Assembly (NCBI RefSeq): GCF_009914755.1
Contig: NC_060936.1
Source: the human T2T-CHM13v2.0 reference genome, Homo sapiens
DNA length: 64,000 bases
Direction: 5' to 3' (one strand)
The notes under the pieces are model-generated. The model ran no database searches. It worked only from the letters and a program-made list of their open reading frames with translations, and was not told where the DNA came from. The position numbers and the translations under genes are program-made. Each line of letters begins with the position of its first letter. Positions within the stretch are counted from its first letter, which is position 1. Below are positions 43,433 to 55,240 of this stretch, in pieces.

Positions 43433-44756
43433 TTTAAGAAATAATTTTTTTCTAAAGATCAGTCATTCAATTTACTTTGAATCAATTACATTTTTGCTTT
43501 TGTTTTAAATAAAAAAACTTTATTTCTCTCTCTTCCTATGAGCAAATATATTTAATTATCCTCTGACATACAAGGGTATTGGAGTTTTTTTTTTTTTTAA
43601 TTTTGTGGGCCCTAAATTCTAACAATTCCAGTAAGTATAGAATTTTAAACTAAAAAATCTCTTAACCTGACTTAAGTGGCTTTAGAATAGCTTTGTTGCA
43701 TTATCACAGAACCACAGAACCCAAAAAGCCAAGAAGAACCTGAAAGAATGATTTAGTTTCTCTTACTCTTGGAATTAGGTACCTTGTCTGCAAAGTCTCC
43801 TTGCCCTTGAGGGATTGCTGCAAAGCCTGTCTCATTGTTCAATCTTTGCATGGCTCCTTCAATCGTTGCTAATACGAGGTGGATTGTCTGTTAAAAGTTA
43901 ATGATGGTGAGCCAGGGAGTAGTGTACTGTTTTCGGTTTATTTGCAACAGTGGAAAGGGCAAACCTATTCATCTCAATGAAAATGTAACTGTTTACATTG
44001 GAAGCTTAAATTTTAGGACACACCATGTCCTGCTTTTGAAAAGACAATTTGTAGGGTAAGAGATGTTACAGTGATATTATGGAGGCCACAAGAAGTATAT
44101 TTTCTGGTCATTGGTAGAAAACAATGATTAAAATCAGGCTTCTTTTGTAGGAGATACTGGTCATGTTTTCTAAAATGTTGACTGTGAGAGAAGAAAACAA
44201 GAATTATTAAATCTAGATCTCTGATGGGAAGTAAGAACAGAAATGAGGACAGGTGAAAGGAAGGCTAGACATGGTTTACACAGGTACATTTCCTGCTGAT
44301 GATTGGTAGTGGTTGGGAGGGGACAGAAGGCAGGGAGATGTGAATTGATGAGGCACGGAGTATACCTGGGAATGGTGAGACTTGAACCTCAAGTTATAAC
44401 CTAAGATTCACATAAATCTTGAAAACCATACTCTTGTTTTCTTCCAAACATGGAGCCATACCTATTCTAACTTCTTATGAGTGATTTGAGCATTATGACA
44501 CCTCTACAGGAGATAGAGAAAAGGCAGAGCAAGAGATTGTCAGCTTGGAATGCCTCTAGGTGATGCTGGAGATAGCATCAATCTGCTTATCAGGACTTTC
44601 TGGGTGTGGTGTAACCCAGAATAGCAGTCAGGATAGGCTAGGTACTGCTGCTGTGACAAAGTATTTTCCAATCTTGATGGCTTACAACCCCAGAGGTTTA
44701 TTTTTTCTTATACTACATGCTTCCCCTGTTTCTCTCTCCTTCACAATTCTCTAGAA

Positions 44757-44980
44757 TAGGGGTGTCCAATCTTTTGGCTTCCCTAAGCCACACTGGAAGA
44801 AGAAGAATTGTCTTGGGCCACACATAAAGTACACGAACACTAGCAATAGCTGATGAGCTTTAAAAAAAATTGCAAAAAACTCTCATAATGTTTTAAGAAA
44901 GTTTACAAATTTGTGTTGGGCCTCATTCAAAGCTGTCCTGGGCTACATGTGGCTGGTAGGCCATGGACTGGACAAGCTTG
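44757..44980 (+). mobile_element. MER30 hAT-Charlie DNA transposon
   Basis: aggggtgtccaatcttttggcttccc...ggacaagcttg matches the recalled consensus end to end; degenerate 8-bp TSD. Confidence 0.9.
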
Positions 44981-46532
44981 CCATAGAGGCTAGACAAGTA
45001 AGCTTTTTGTGTTTTCCTGTCTTGTTGGCACTTCCTCTTTGTCATAATCCTCTCCTTGCCATAGGGGTAATTCTCTGGGGCTATAATAGTTAAAGAACAA
45101 CAAAAAAGAACATTGGTTTAATATTTTCAAAATGTTAACCCCTTTAAATATTTGATGAAGTGGAGATGTTATAAGAATAAATGTGAAAGCTATTAGAAAA
45201 ATTCTGGTTAATTGGATATATATAGAGAAATATAGGCTGACTGCTAAATATATGCAGCCTTTCTAGCCTCATTGGTGGATGGTAATGCCATTTGGTGAGA
45301 TGAGAATTGGTTGGGAGGTGAGGGAAGGTTTCGAGGGAGAAATCTGTCTAGACTTTTATTAATCTTTTGCTAGCTTAAAAAGTATAATTATAGGTGATTT
45401 TTTTCTTCCCTATTTTTTACCCCTAAATTTTTCGTAAAAGAGGCTTTGATAGTGAAATAACCTAATACTGAAGAACATATGTAGGTTACATTCTGAGGTC
45501 TGTGTCTGGGATATCCCAGGCTGGGTTGGGCCTGATCTGAGACTGAGGAATGTTGCTGAAGGAGGCTGGGATGAGCTTCCTGTGGTTTCTTAGATGGTCC
45601 TTGCTGGGTGGACAGGGTAGGGCATATGGCTCAGGTTGCCAAGATGGTGCTAAATGCCTTAATTTGGTTCAGAATGGTTTGATGGATGCTTTTGATTTTT
45701 TTTTTTAATGCTTCTCAGCTTGAAAACATTTCCAGTTTTTGTCCTTTTCATGGGAATTTATTGAACATAAGTAAGTTGGATGTTTTTCTTGTTAACTAGA
45801 AGACTTAATCATGTAACATGACAAAGGAAAGAAAGAAAAAGGATTTATGATTCTAAAGAATGGGCAATTCCCTTGAAGGAGTGGGTCATTCAGTGAAGCT
45901 GTTTGTTTGGCCTGGGTTTTCTTTAAGTTTATTGTTCTCACTCAGTTGAGATTTTGACTGTTTCTGACTACCTTCCTCAACTCTATCACTCTTTCTATGG
46001 CTTGTGGTTGGAAAACAGGGCCATCCAAGTAGCTTGTTGGGTCCCAGGCGAATGCCCTTTGACTCTCAACACCTTTTTAGAAAGGTACATTCTCTTTCAA
46101 GGAAAAATGAAGCCATGTAAGGGAAGCTTATGTACAAAATAGGATAATCCAGTTAACTCAGGTTATGGTGATTTGTCCTTTTTGTGTGTTTGTTTCAGCT
46201 GTTGCTATTGAAAACTCTTATAGAAGAATTTAGTTATTTCTTACTTTATTTTATTTAGTTAATAATTTTAGTAAATAGATTTACTTTTTCTATGGCAAAT
46301 GAGAACCTAGCAATACTACAGAATCATAGGACATATACATGTACAAGACACTTATTGATCTTCCCACAACATCTAACATTTCTACATGTTTTGAAATGTT
46401 TCTTCAGTAGACGTGTTCTGAAATGTTTTGAAATGTTTCTTCTAAAAACTGTTCACTCCTTTCTCCCTAAATGTGTATTATATGTTGGTATTATACTGGG
46501 TGCTCAGAATTATCTTTAAGAATGATGGGGTG

Positions 46533-46815
46533 TGCCGGGCATGTGGCTCATGCCTGTAATCCCAGTACTTTGGGAGGCTGAGGTGGGTGGATCACCTGAG
46601 CCCAGGAGTTCCAGACCACCTTGAGTAACATGGAAACCCTGTCTCTACTAAAAACACAAAAACTAGCCAGGTGCCTGTAGTCCCAGCTACTGGGGAGACA
46701 GGCATGAGAATCACTAGAACCCAGGAAGCAGAGGTTGCAGTGAGCCGCGATTGTGCCATTGCACGCCTGGGTGACAGAGTGAGATTCTGTCTCAAAATAA
46801 AAATAAAACAAAATA
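46533..46815 (+). mobile_element. Old Alu (AluJb/early AluS) with small internal deletions
   Basis: Dimeric Alu with (AAAAT)-type tail. Confidence 0.9.
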
Positions 46816-46827
46816 AATAATGATGAG

Positions 46828-46973
46828 GCCCAATTGGTTTCTCAAGAAGTGCACTTGGTTTCTCAAGTTGCCCACTTGGCCCTCCCGCAAGTTGTACTTT
46901 ACTTTACTTTTCCTTCCTTTCCTTACTGTTCTAAAGCTTTTAAATAAACTTTCACTCCTGCTCTGAAAAAAAA
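46828..46973 (+). mobile_element. Polyadenylated ERV1-LTR-derived fragment
   Basis: gcccacttggccctc...gtacttt...ctaaagcttttaaataaactttcactcctgctct resembles an ERV1 LTR R region; AATAAA 46943-46948, A-run from 46966. Confidence 0.7.
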
Positions 46974-47444
46974 AAGAATGATGGGAAACACAGGGGCTGC
47001 TAAAATCAAGATCAAGTACTGTACCTGGTCTTGGGCTGCTTATAAGCTAGTTGGAAAGAAAAGACACACACTTGGAAAGATAGCTAAAATATGACAAATA
47101 GCTAAAATATGACAAGTGTCATGTGAGCAAAACATAGAAAAAAAGGCCATGGAAGTTCAGCAAGGGTATATTCTCTGTGCACAGAACAATCTGATAAGCC
47201 TTCTCAGAAGAAATGGAATTGGAGCTGGGATCTGAGGTTTAGATTAGCAGAGACGGCAGTGGGAAGGACATTTCAGGGAGGAAAGAAGCAAAGGCACAGA
47301 AATGAAAAAGTAGAATACATGTTTGGGTGGGGCAGGATGATGAAAGCAATGAGAAGATTAATTTGTTTGGAGCAGAAACCCTCCCATCCCCATCACCAAT
47401 CCTATTAACTCAAAGGTTCATTTAGTTAAAATACAGTAAAGCTT

Positions 47445-47570
47445 CAGTCCCTTACTTGCCCTTTTGAGTCCCAGTTTCCTTATTTGTAAAACGAGGTTAA
47501 TCATACCTACCAGCCATAGATTAAATTATTAAATGATTAAATGGATTAAATGAGATAGGATACTAAAAGG
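47445..47570 (+). mobile_element. MIR core fragment
   Basis: cccagtttccttatttgtaaaacgagg...ggattaaatgagata. Confidence 0.7.
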
Positions 47571-48028
47571 AAGGTGTTGAGCAGGGTTCCTCACACTTTA
47601 TCATCCCTCTTCACTCAATTCATTGCATTCAATTTAATTCCAGTGCTGTCTGTCATACTATCAAGACATCTCCTATGCTACTCCCCCTTGAGGATAATTT
47701 AAATTTGACTGTTATTGCATTTCTCTAAACTAGTTTCTATTCACCTTCTGGTTTAGGAGAATTTTCTTGGCATAAGCCATCTGTATATGCAAAGGAGACC
47801 AATGTCACATTTGAGGGCTTTAAATAATTCCTCACTAACCAGTTCAGGGTGGCTAGAGTATAACAAGCTAAAAGGGAGTAGTTGGCAATAAGAAAGGTGT
47901 CTCAGTTTGTTTTCTCTTGCTATAACAGAATACTTGAAACTGGCTAATTTATAAAGAAAAGGAATTTATTTCCTACAGTTATGGGAGATGAGAGGTCCAG
48001 AGTTCAGCAGCTGCATCTGGTAAGAGCC

Positions 48029-48473
48029 TTTTTTTTTTTTTTTAAGTTTTGATTCTTTTTTTTTTGTTTTTTTGTTTTTTTATTTTATTTTATTTTATTA
48101 TTATTATACTTTAAGTTTTAGGGTACATGTGCACAATATGCAGGTTAGTTACATATGTATACATGTGCCATGCTGGTGTGCTGCACCCATTAACTCGTCA
48201 TTTAGCATTAGGTATATCTTCTAATGCTATCCCTCCCCCCTTCCCCCTACCCCACAACAGTCCCCAGAGTGTGATGTTCCCCTTCCTGTGTCCATGTGTT
48301 CTCATTGTTCAATTCCCACCTATGAGTGAGAACATGCGGTGTTTGGTTTTTTGTCCTTGTGATAGTTTACTGAGAATGATGATTTCCAATTTCATCCATG
48401 TCCCTACAAAGGATATGAACTCATCATTTTTTATGGCTGCATAGTATTCCGTGGTGTATATATGCCACATTTT
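48029..48473 (-). mobile_element. 5'-truncated L1PA3-like LINE-1 (~0.45 kb)
   Basis: 3'UTR and ORF2 end ([20 protein letters not shown]...MFSLIGGN); compound tail; no clear TSD. Confidence 0.9.
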
Positions 48474-48705
48474 CTTGCTAATGGGGATGCTGCAGAGTCC
48501 TGAGGCAGTGCAGAGCATCACGTGGCAAGGGGGCTGAGTGCGCTAACATGCTAGCTTAGGTTTTTCTTCCTTTTCCTATATAGCCACAGTTCCCTTCCAA
48601 TGATAACTCACTATTTCATTAATCTGTGAATAGACTAAGTCATTCATGAGGGCAGAGCCCTCATGACCCAATCACCTCTTAAATGCTTCACTTCTCAATA
48701 CTGCC

Positions 48706-50059
48706 TGATATGGTTTTGGCTGTGTCCGCACCTAAATCTCATACTGAATTGTAGCTCCCATAATCCCTGCATGTCATGGAAAAAACCCCATGGGAGGTAA
48801 TTGAATCATGGCAGCGGTTACCTCCATATCATGTTCTTATGATATTGAGTGAGTTCTTATGAGATCTGATGAGATCTCATGAGATCTGATGGTTTTAGAA
48901 GGGGCTTTCCCCCACTTCTCTCTGCACATCTCCTGCTGCCATGTGAAGAAGGACGTGTTTGCTTCCCCTTCCACCATGATTGTAAGTTTCTTGAGGCCTC
49001 CCCCGCCCTGTGGAACTGTGAGTCAATTAAACCTCCTTCCTTTATAAATTACCCAGTCTCAGATATGTCCTTATAGAGGTGGGAGAAGGGACTAATACAG
49101 TAAATTGGTACCACAGAGAGTGGGGCGCTGCTGTAAAGGTACCTGAAAATGTGGAAGTAACTTTGGAACTGGGTAACAGGCAGAGGTTGAAACCATTTGG
49201 AGGGCTCAGAAGACAGGAAAATGTGGGAAAGTTTGGAAACTCTTAGAGACTTGGAGGGCTAAGAAGGCAGGAAGAAGTGGGAAAGTTTGGAACTTCCTAG
49301 AGACTTGTCGAATGGCTTTGACTAAAATGCTGATAGTGATATGGGCAATAAAGTCCAGGCTGAGGTGGTCTCAGATGGAGATGAGGAACTTGTTGGAAAC
49401 TGGAGTAAATGTCACTCTTGCTATGCAAAGAGACTGGCGGCATTTTGCCCCTGCCCTAGAGATCTGTGAAACTTTAAACTTGAGAGAGATGATTTAGGGA
49501 ATCTGACAGAAGCAATTTCTAAGTGGCAAGGTGTTCAAGAGGAAGCAGAGCATAAAAGTTTGGAAAATTTGCAGCCTGATTATGTGACAGAAAAGAAAAA
49601 CCCATTTTCTTGGGAGAAATTCAAGCCGGCTGCTGAAATTTGCATATGTGATGAGGAGCCGAATGTTAATCACTGAGGCAATGTGGCAGCTGTTTTCAGG
49701 GCATGTCAGAAACATGTCAAAGTTCTCAGGTATCCTATAATCCCCATGGGTCATGGGAAGGACTTAGTGGGAGGTAATTGAATCATGGGGGCGGTTACCT
49801 CCATGCTGTTCTGATGATAGTGAGTGAGTTCTCATGAGAGTTGATGATTTTATAAGGGGCTTTCCCCTCCTTTTCTCTGCACTTGTCTCTCTTGCCACCA
49901 TGTGAAGGAGGACGTGTTTGGTTCCCCTTCCACCATGATTGTAAGTTTTCTGAGGCCTCCCCAACCATGCTGAACTGTGAGTCAATTAAACATCTTTCCT
50001 TTATCAATTACCGAGTCTTGGGTATGTCCTTATTAGCAGCATGAGAATGGACTAATTCT
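48706..50059 (+). mobile_element. THE1D provirus with a ~1 kb internal deletion (LTR 48706-49099, partial internal, 3' LTR from ~49733)
   Basis: Two matching LTRs; perfect TSD ctgcc at 48701-48705 and 50060-50064. Confidence 0.9.
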
Positions 50060-51020
50060 CTGCCACATTTGGGATAAAATTTCAACACAAATTTTGGTTT
50101 GCTATTCAAACCATAGCAAAAGGATACTTTCCTTCTTGTAGTTTTATCAACATCTTCCAGGACATAAATTTAATGGTAAACAACAGGTAAAATAAATGAC
50201 ATTGCTCAAAGGAATGCAATTAAAACCTAACTGCTATTGCATTTAATCCATAGAGGAATGTGACCCAGGTCTGGGGAGAGGGAGCACTGCATTATGTTTC
50301 ATTCTCATGCCATGTGAGAATGTTTACACCAGCTTGAGTTGTTGTGATGGGGTCGTCCATATCATTTGGTTCTTGTCCTTGTGACTCACTGCTTCTGCTG
50401 TAGAGTTAGCTTCCTGCAGTGGAAAAGGGAGGAGTTATTTTCCAGACCATATGGAGTAGAAAACAACAGATTGACATAGGTTTTGTGGAAGCTAAAGGCA
50501 CATGAACTGAAGCCTCCCAGAGTGTAACCTTGCAAAACTCTTTAAAATAGCATTTTCATAGAGGTGTTTAGTATTTAGGATCTATCTTAAAACCTTAAGA
50601 TTCCAAAGTTAGCTTACAGAAAATAGGCAAGAGAGGATAAATTGTATTAGGTATGGAATTTCACTGCCTCTGCTTGTGTTTCCAGGTTGGAGAAGCTGGA
50701 GAAAAGAATGCTTCCCTTTGATTTACCTGGGCTGGGGAGTATGACAATGTCCATGTGTGTGTATAGGAGATTCTTGTACTTAAACTCTGTAAATGTGTGT
50801 TTCTGTGGTCCTATGCTGGGTGGAGGGTTCAACTAAGGTATTGTTAAGGAATATGGATGAGCCAAAAAGACTGGAAAGTTTCAAATGCATGTGTGTTTCC
50901 AACTAATATTGGAGAAAACTTTTTTGGCATCGAACACTGGCAATTTATAGACTTGTTGATTGATAGTGGATTTACCTTTAGAGTGTACCTGGATTATAGA
51001 GGAATCTAGCTTCCCTGTCT

Positions 51021-51270
51021 AACTCATTTATCATAAGCTTACTGAATAACTGCTATGGACTATGCATGTGTTAGATGCTGGGGTAGAAAGATAAATAGGA
51101 CACAGTCCCACAGGAATTATAGTCTAGTGGAGAGAGGTGTATATAAACAGTCACAGAACAATGTGATAAGTATTATGATGAAGGAATATGTAATAACTGC
51201 TAGCAAAGAGAAGGAAACATTTAAACCTGCTTGGGAGTGGAGGGAAAAGTCAGAGAAAGCTCTATAAAAA
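51021..51270 (-). mobile_element. L2 LINE 3' end
   Basis: ctcatttatcataagcttactgaataactgctatg...gatgctggggtagaaagataaataggacacagtccc. Confidence 0.75.
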
Positions 51271-51386
51271 AGCTAACTATATAATATGTTTGGTAGGATG
51301 AGTTACTTGGCAAATGGGCTGGAGTTACACACCCAGTTGGGGAATATGTTGCCTCCAAAATCCAAAGAGCCCCATTAGGCGTTGTG

Positions 51387-51419
<33 letters not shown>

Positions 51420-51630
51420 TTTTTTAACTGTAGGAAGCACCAGATGCAATAGCTTATTCCTTGCCTTTTAATTCTTTTAATTCCTGCAAGATAAATAATC
51501 CAAGCCAAAATGAAGCAGAAATATCATTAGACTGTCACCAGTTAAGGCTCCAGATTAATTGTCTGAGAGGTAGAGAAGAGAAACAGGAAAGCAGAAATAG
51601 ACTTTAATTTAAAACACAAGCAAGTAAGAG

Positions 51631-51865
51631 TGGATCAGTCAAGGGGTTCTGGCAAGAAACACAGAAGAAACACAGCATATTCTGAAGAGTAGAACTGATT
51701 TGTGAAGAGACTATGTCAGAGCCATGATAAGAAAACCAACAAAGGATAGTGAGGCACCCAGGGACTAGCAACATCAGGGAGCTATTAGTACTCTTGGGGC
51801 TGCAGGGGCCAGGGAAGGAAATGGTGTTAATGAGCCCAGTGAAAGCTGGCGTCATGGAGGAGGGG
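51631..51865 (-). mobile_element. LTR33-like ERVL LTR fragment
   Basis: gaaaaccaacaaaggatagtgaggcacccagggactagcaac matches recalled LTR33 antisense. Confidence 0.6.
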
Positions 51866-53689
51866 AAATAGTTTATCATGAAAACAGAACTATGGCTCCT
51901 CACTCACAATCACTTCCAGACATGAACCACTTTACAGACTCAGAATACCCTGAATGAAGGGAAGGCTGGATCCCCTTGAGGAAGGACCCCTGTACGTGGA
52001 CAAATATTTACACTGTTAATATTCCTCCCAGAATTCCACAAAGAGCTTTATGCCTTTTTAATGGTACTGTGCATTGGGAAAAAAAACAAAACAAATAATT
52101 TGAACTTTCAGAGATTACTGGACACTGGCTCTGAACTGACAGTAATTCCAGGAGACTCAACACATCACTGTGGTCTACCAGTCAGAGTAGGGGCTTATAG
52201 AGGTCAGGTGATTAGTGAAGCTTTGGCTCCAGTTTATCTCACAGTGGGCCCGATGGGTACCTGAACACATCCTGTGATTATTTCTCCAGTTCTAGAATGC
52301 ATAATTGCAATAGATACATTCAGCAGCTGTTGGAATCCCCTCATTGGTTCCCTTACCTGCACAGTAAGGACTACTGTAGTGGGAAAGACCTAGTGGGAGC
52401 AGCCACTAGAACTGCCTCTACAGAGGAAAATAGCAAACCAAAAGGAATGCTGCATTTTTGGAGGAATTGCAGAGATTAGTGCTGCCATCAAGGACTTGAA
52501 AGATGCAGGGGTGATGATTACTACTCCCCACTCAACTCTCTTATTTGGCCTGTGCATAGAACAGATGGATCTTGGAGAATAGCAGTTAAGTAAGCTTAAC
52601 CAGGAGGTGACTCCAATTGCTGCATTTCATTGCTTGAGCAAACTAACACATCCCTTGGTACCTGGTATGCAGCTATTGATCTGGCAAATGCTTTTCCTTC
52701 ATACCTGTCAATAAAAACCATCAGAAGCAGTTTGCCTTCAGCTGGAAAGGCCAGTAATATACCTTCACTATTCTACCTCAGAAGTAGATCAACTCTCCAG
52801 CCTTACACCATAATTTAGTTCACATGGATCTTGATCATCTTTCTCTTCAAAAGGATATTATACTGGTTTGTCATATTAGTGACATTATGCTGTTTGGAAG
52901 TAGTGAGCAAGAAGTAGCAACTACTCTAGACTTAAGTCATTTGCATTTCAGAAGGTGGGAAATAAATGAGACAAAAAATGGAAAGACTTTCTATCTCAGT
53001 AAAATGCCTAAGGGTGACAACCCCCTCACCCCCCACCACTGCCAAAAAAATAAGAACAATGCTTAATGGACCTCTTTGGATTTTGGAGTCAACATATTCC
53101 TCATTTGGGTATGTTACTCCAGACCATTTGCTAAGTAACCTGAAAAGCTGCTAATTTTAAGTGGAACCTAGAACAGGGGAAGGCTCTACAACAGGTCCAG
53201 GCTGCTGTGCAAGCTGCTTTGGCTCTTGCATCATATCATCCAACAGACCCAATGGTGCTTAAAATGTTAGTGGCAGGTAGGGAAGCTATTTGGAGCCTCT
53301 GCCAGGCTCCTATAAGTAAATTTAGGCATAGTCCTTTAGGATTTTGGAATAAAGCTCTGCCATCCTCTGCACATAACTATTTTTTTTTTTTTTAAGGAAC
53401 AGCTGATGGCCTACTACAAGGCCTTAATAGAGACTGACTGCTTAATCATGGGCTACAAAGTTACGGTGCAACCTGAGCTGCCCATCATGGTGTTTTGACT
53501 CACCAAGCCATAAGTTTGGGCATATACCACTTCAAATGGAAGTGGTATATATGTGATAGGACCTAAGAAAGCCCCAAAGGCACAAGTAAGTTACACAAAG
53601 AAGTGGTCTAAATGCCAATGGTTTCAACTCCTGTTACACTGCCTTCTCTCCCTCAGTCTGCACTTATGGCCTCATGAGGAGCTCCCTAT

Positions 53690-54466
53690 CATCTTAGTAC
53701 ATTTTCTGTTGCTATACCGGAATCAAGCAGACTGGGTAATTTATAAAGAGTAGAAGCTTATTTGGCTTACAGCCTTAGAGGCTGGAAGGTTCAAAAGCAT
53801 GGTGGCAGCTTCCAGTGAGGGCTTTTCATACTGCATTATAACATGATGGAGAAGTGGAAGGAGAAGTGGGTGTGTGTGAAATGATCAAAACATGAGGAGT
53901 GGCCTCAGTTTATAATACCCCCAGCCCAATCTTGTGGTAATGAATCAAGTTCCATGACAGTGAGAACTCATTCCCCAGAGAATTAACTGAGTCCTTCAAG
54001 AGTGACATTAATCCCATTTAAGGACCCAATGATGTCTTCTTCTTCTTTCTTCTTTCTTCTTCTTCTTCTTTCTTCTTTCTTCTTCTTTCTGAGACAGGGT
54101 CTCACTCTATCACCCAGGCTGGAGTGCAGTGGTGTGATCTTGGCTCACTGTGACCTCAACTTCTTGGGCTCAAACAATTCTCCCACCTCAGCCTCCTGAG
54201 TAGCTGGAACTACAGGCGTGCACCACCATGCCTGGCTAATTTTTTATTTCTTGTAGAGATGGGGTTTTGCCACATAGCCCAGGCTGATCTCAAACTCCTG
54301 CACTCAAGCAATCTTTCCTCCTTGACCTCCCAAAGTGCTGGGATTATAGGCATGAGGCACTGCACCCAGCCACAATGACTTTTTAAAGTCCCTACCTCCC
54401 AACACTGTTGCACCAAGAACCAAATTTCTAACACATTAATTCTGAGGGTACACTCAAACTATAGCA
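53690..54466 (-). mobile_element. MST-family MaLR solo LTR in ERVL pol, itself carrying an AluJ
   Basis: catcttagt.../...caaactatagca; perfect TSD cctat at 53685-53689 and 54467-54471. Confidence 0.85.
54035..54371 (-). mobile_element. AluJ with a (GAA)n-converted tail
   Basis: (TTC)n tract at 54035-54090, then the Alu body; caatga on both flanks. Confidence 0.92.
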
Positions 54467-54800
54467 CCTATGATCAATTGATAGGAGAAAAGATTACTCA
54501 GACCTAGTTTATAGATAGTTCTGTATGATATACAGGAATCAATGGGTGAAAAGTGAGAGTTGCACCATTCACAATTACATTCCATTCACATTCACAATTT
54601 GCTAATGACCCACTAGCAAAACTTTTTTTTCCTTGTTCCTATGACCCTGTTCTCTGCTGGCCTAGAAGTCTTAGTTCCAAATGGAGAAATGGTTCCACCA
54701 AGAGACACAACAATGATTCCATTGAACTGCAAGATAAGAGTGCCACCTGGACACTTTGAACATGCCTCTGAATCAGCAGAAAAAGAAGGGAGTTATTGTG

Positions 54801-55240
54801 TAGACTGAGTGAAGTAGATTGCCTTCCCCAGTATGGTTGGGCTTCGTGCAATCCATTGAAGGCCTGCATAGAACAAAAAGAAGAAAAAAATAGAAGTCAC
54901 TCTTTGCTTGACTGTCTTCCAGCTGGGACATTGATTGTTCCCTGGCTTTGCCCTAGAACTTGTGCTAGAACTTACATCTTTGGATCTACAGGTTCTCAGA
55001 TCTTTGAACTCAGACTGAAACTTATACCATTGGCTCTCCTGGTCCTTACCCACTGGACTCAGAGAAGAAGTATCTCACTGGCTTTCTTGGTCCTCCTGCT
55101 AGATGACTGTAGATCCTGAAAATTTCTAGCTTCCATAACCATGTGAGTCAATTTCTTCTAATAAATATATATCTATATTTACATCTTCATCTATATCTTT
55201 ATCTTCTATTCTGTTTCTCTGGATAATTCATACCAATACA
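54801..55240 (+). mobile_element. MLT2C/D-type ERVL LTR, 5' part missing
   Basis: tagactgagtgaagtagattgcc...caatccattgaaggcctg...ccataaccatgtgagtcaatt...ctgtttctctgga...aataca. Confidence 0.8.

Larger units (their letters stand above)
46470..47380 (-). mobile_element. L2 LINE 3' fragment hosting the Alu/LTR insertion
   Basis: tatactgggtgctcag...tagttggaaaga...ggaaggacatttcaggg...caaaggcacagaaatg. Confidence 0.6.
47898..50118 (-). mobile_element. MSTC MaLR solo LTR split in three (47898-48028, 48474-48705, 50060-50118)
   Basis: Termini tgtctcagt.../...caaaccatagca; perfect TSD aaagg at 47893-47897 and 50119-50123. Confidence 0.88.
51875..54800 (+). pseudogene. ERVL internal remnant: gag end, protease, RT, RNase H start, deletion, dUTPase
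   Basis: LLDTGSELTVIPGD (aspartic protease); WYAAIDLANAF (RT motif A); [10 protein letters not shown] (decayed YIDD); SYHPTDPMVL linker; GLEVLVP...TTMIPLN..RVPPGHF (dUTPase-like) at ~54656-54760. Confidence 0.88.

Noticed and set aside
47080-47116. 18-bp direct repeat atagctaaaatatgacaa, two copies
   Set aside because: Simple slippage duplication inside L2; no spacers, not CRISPR-like
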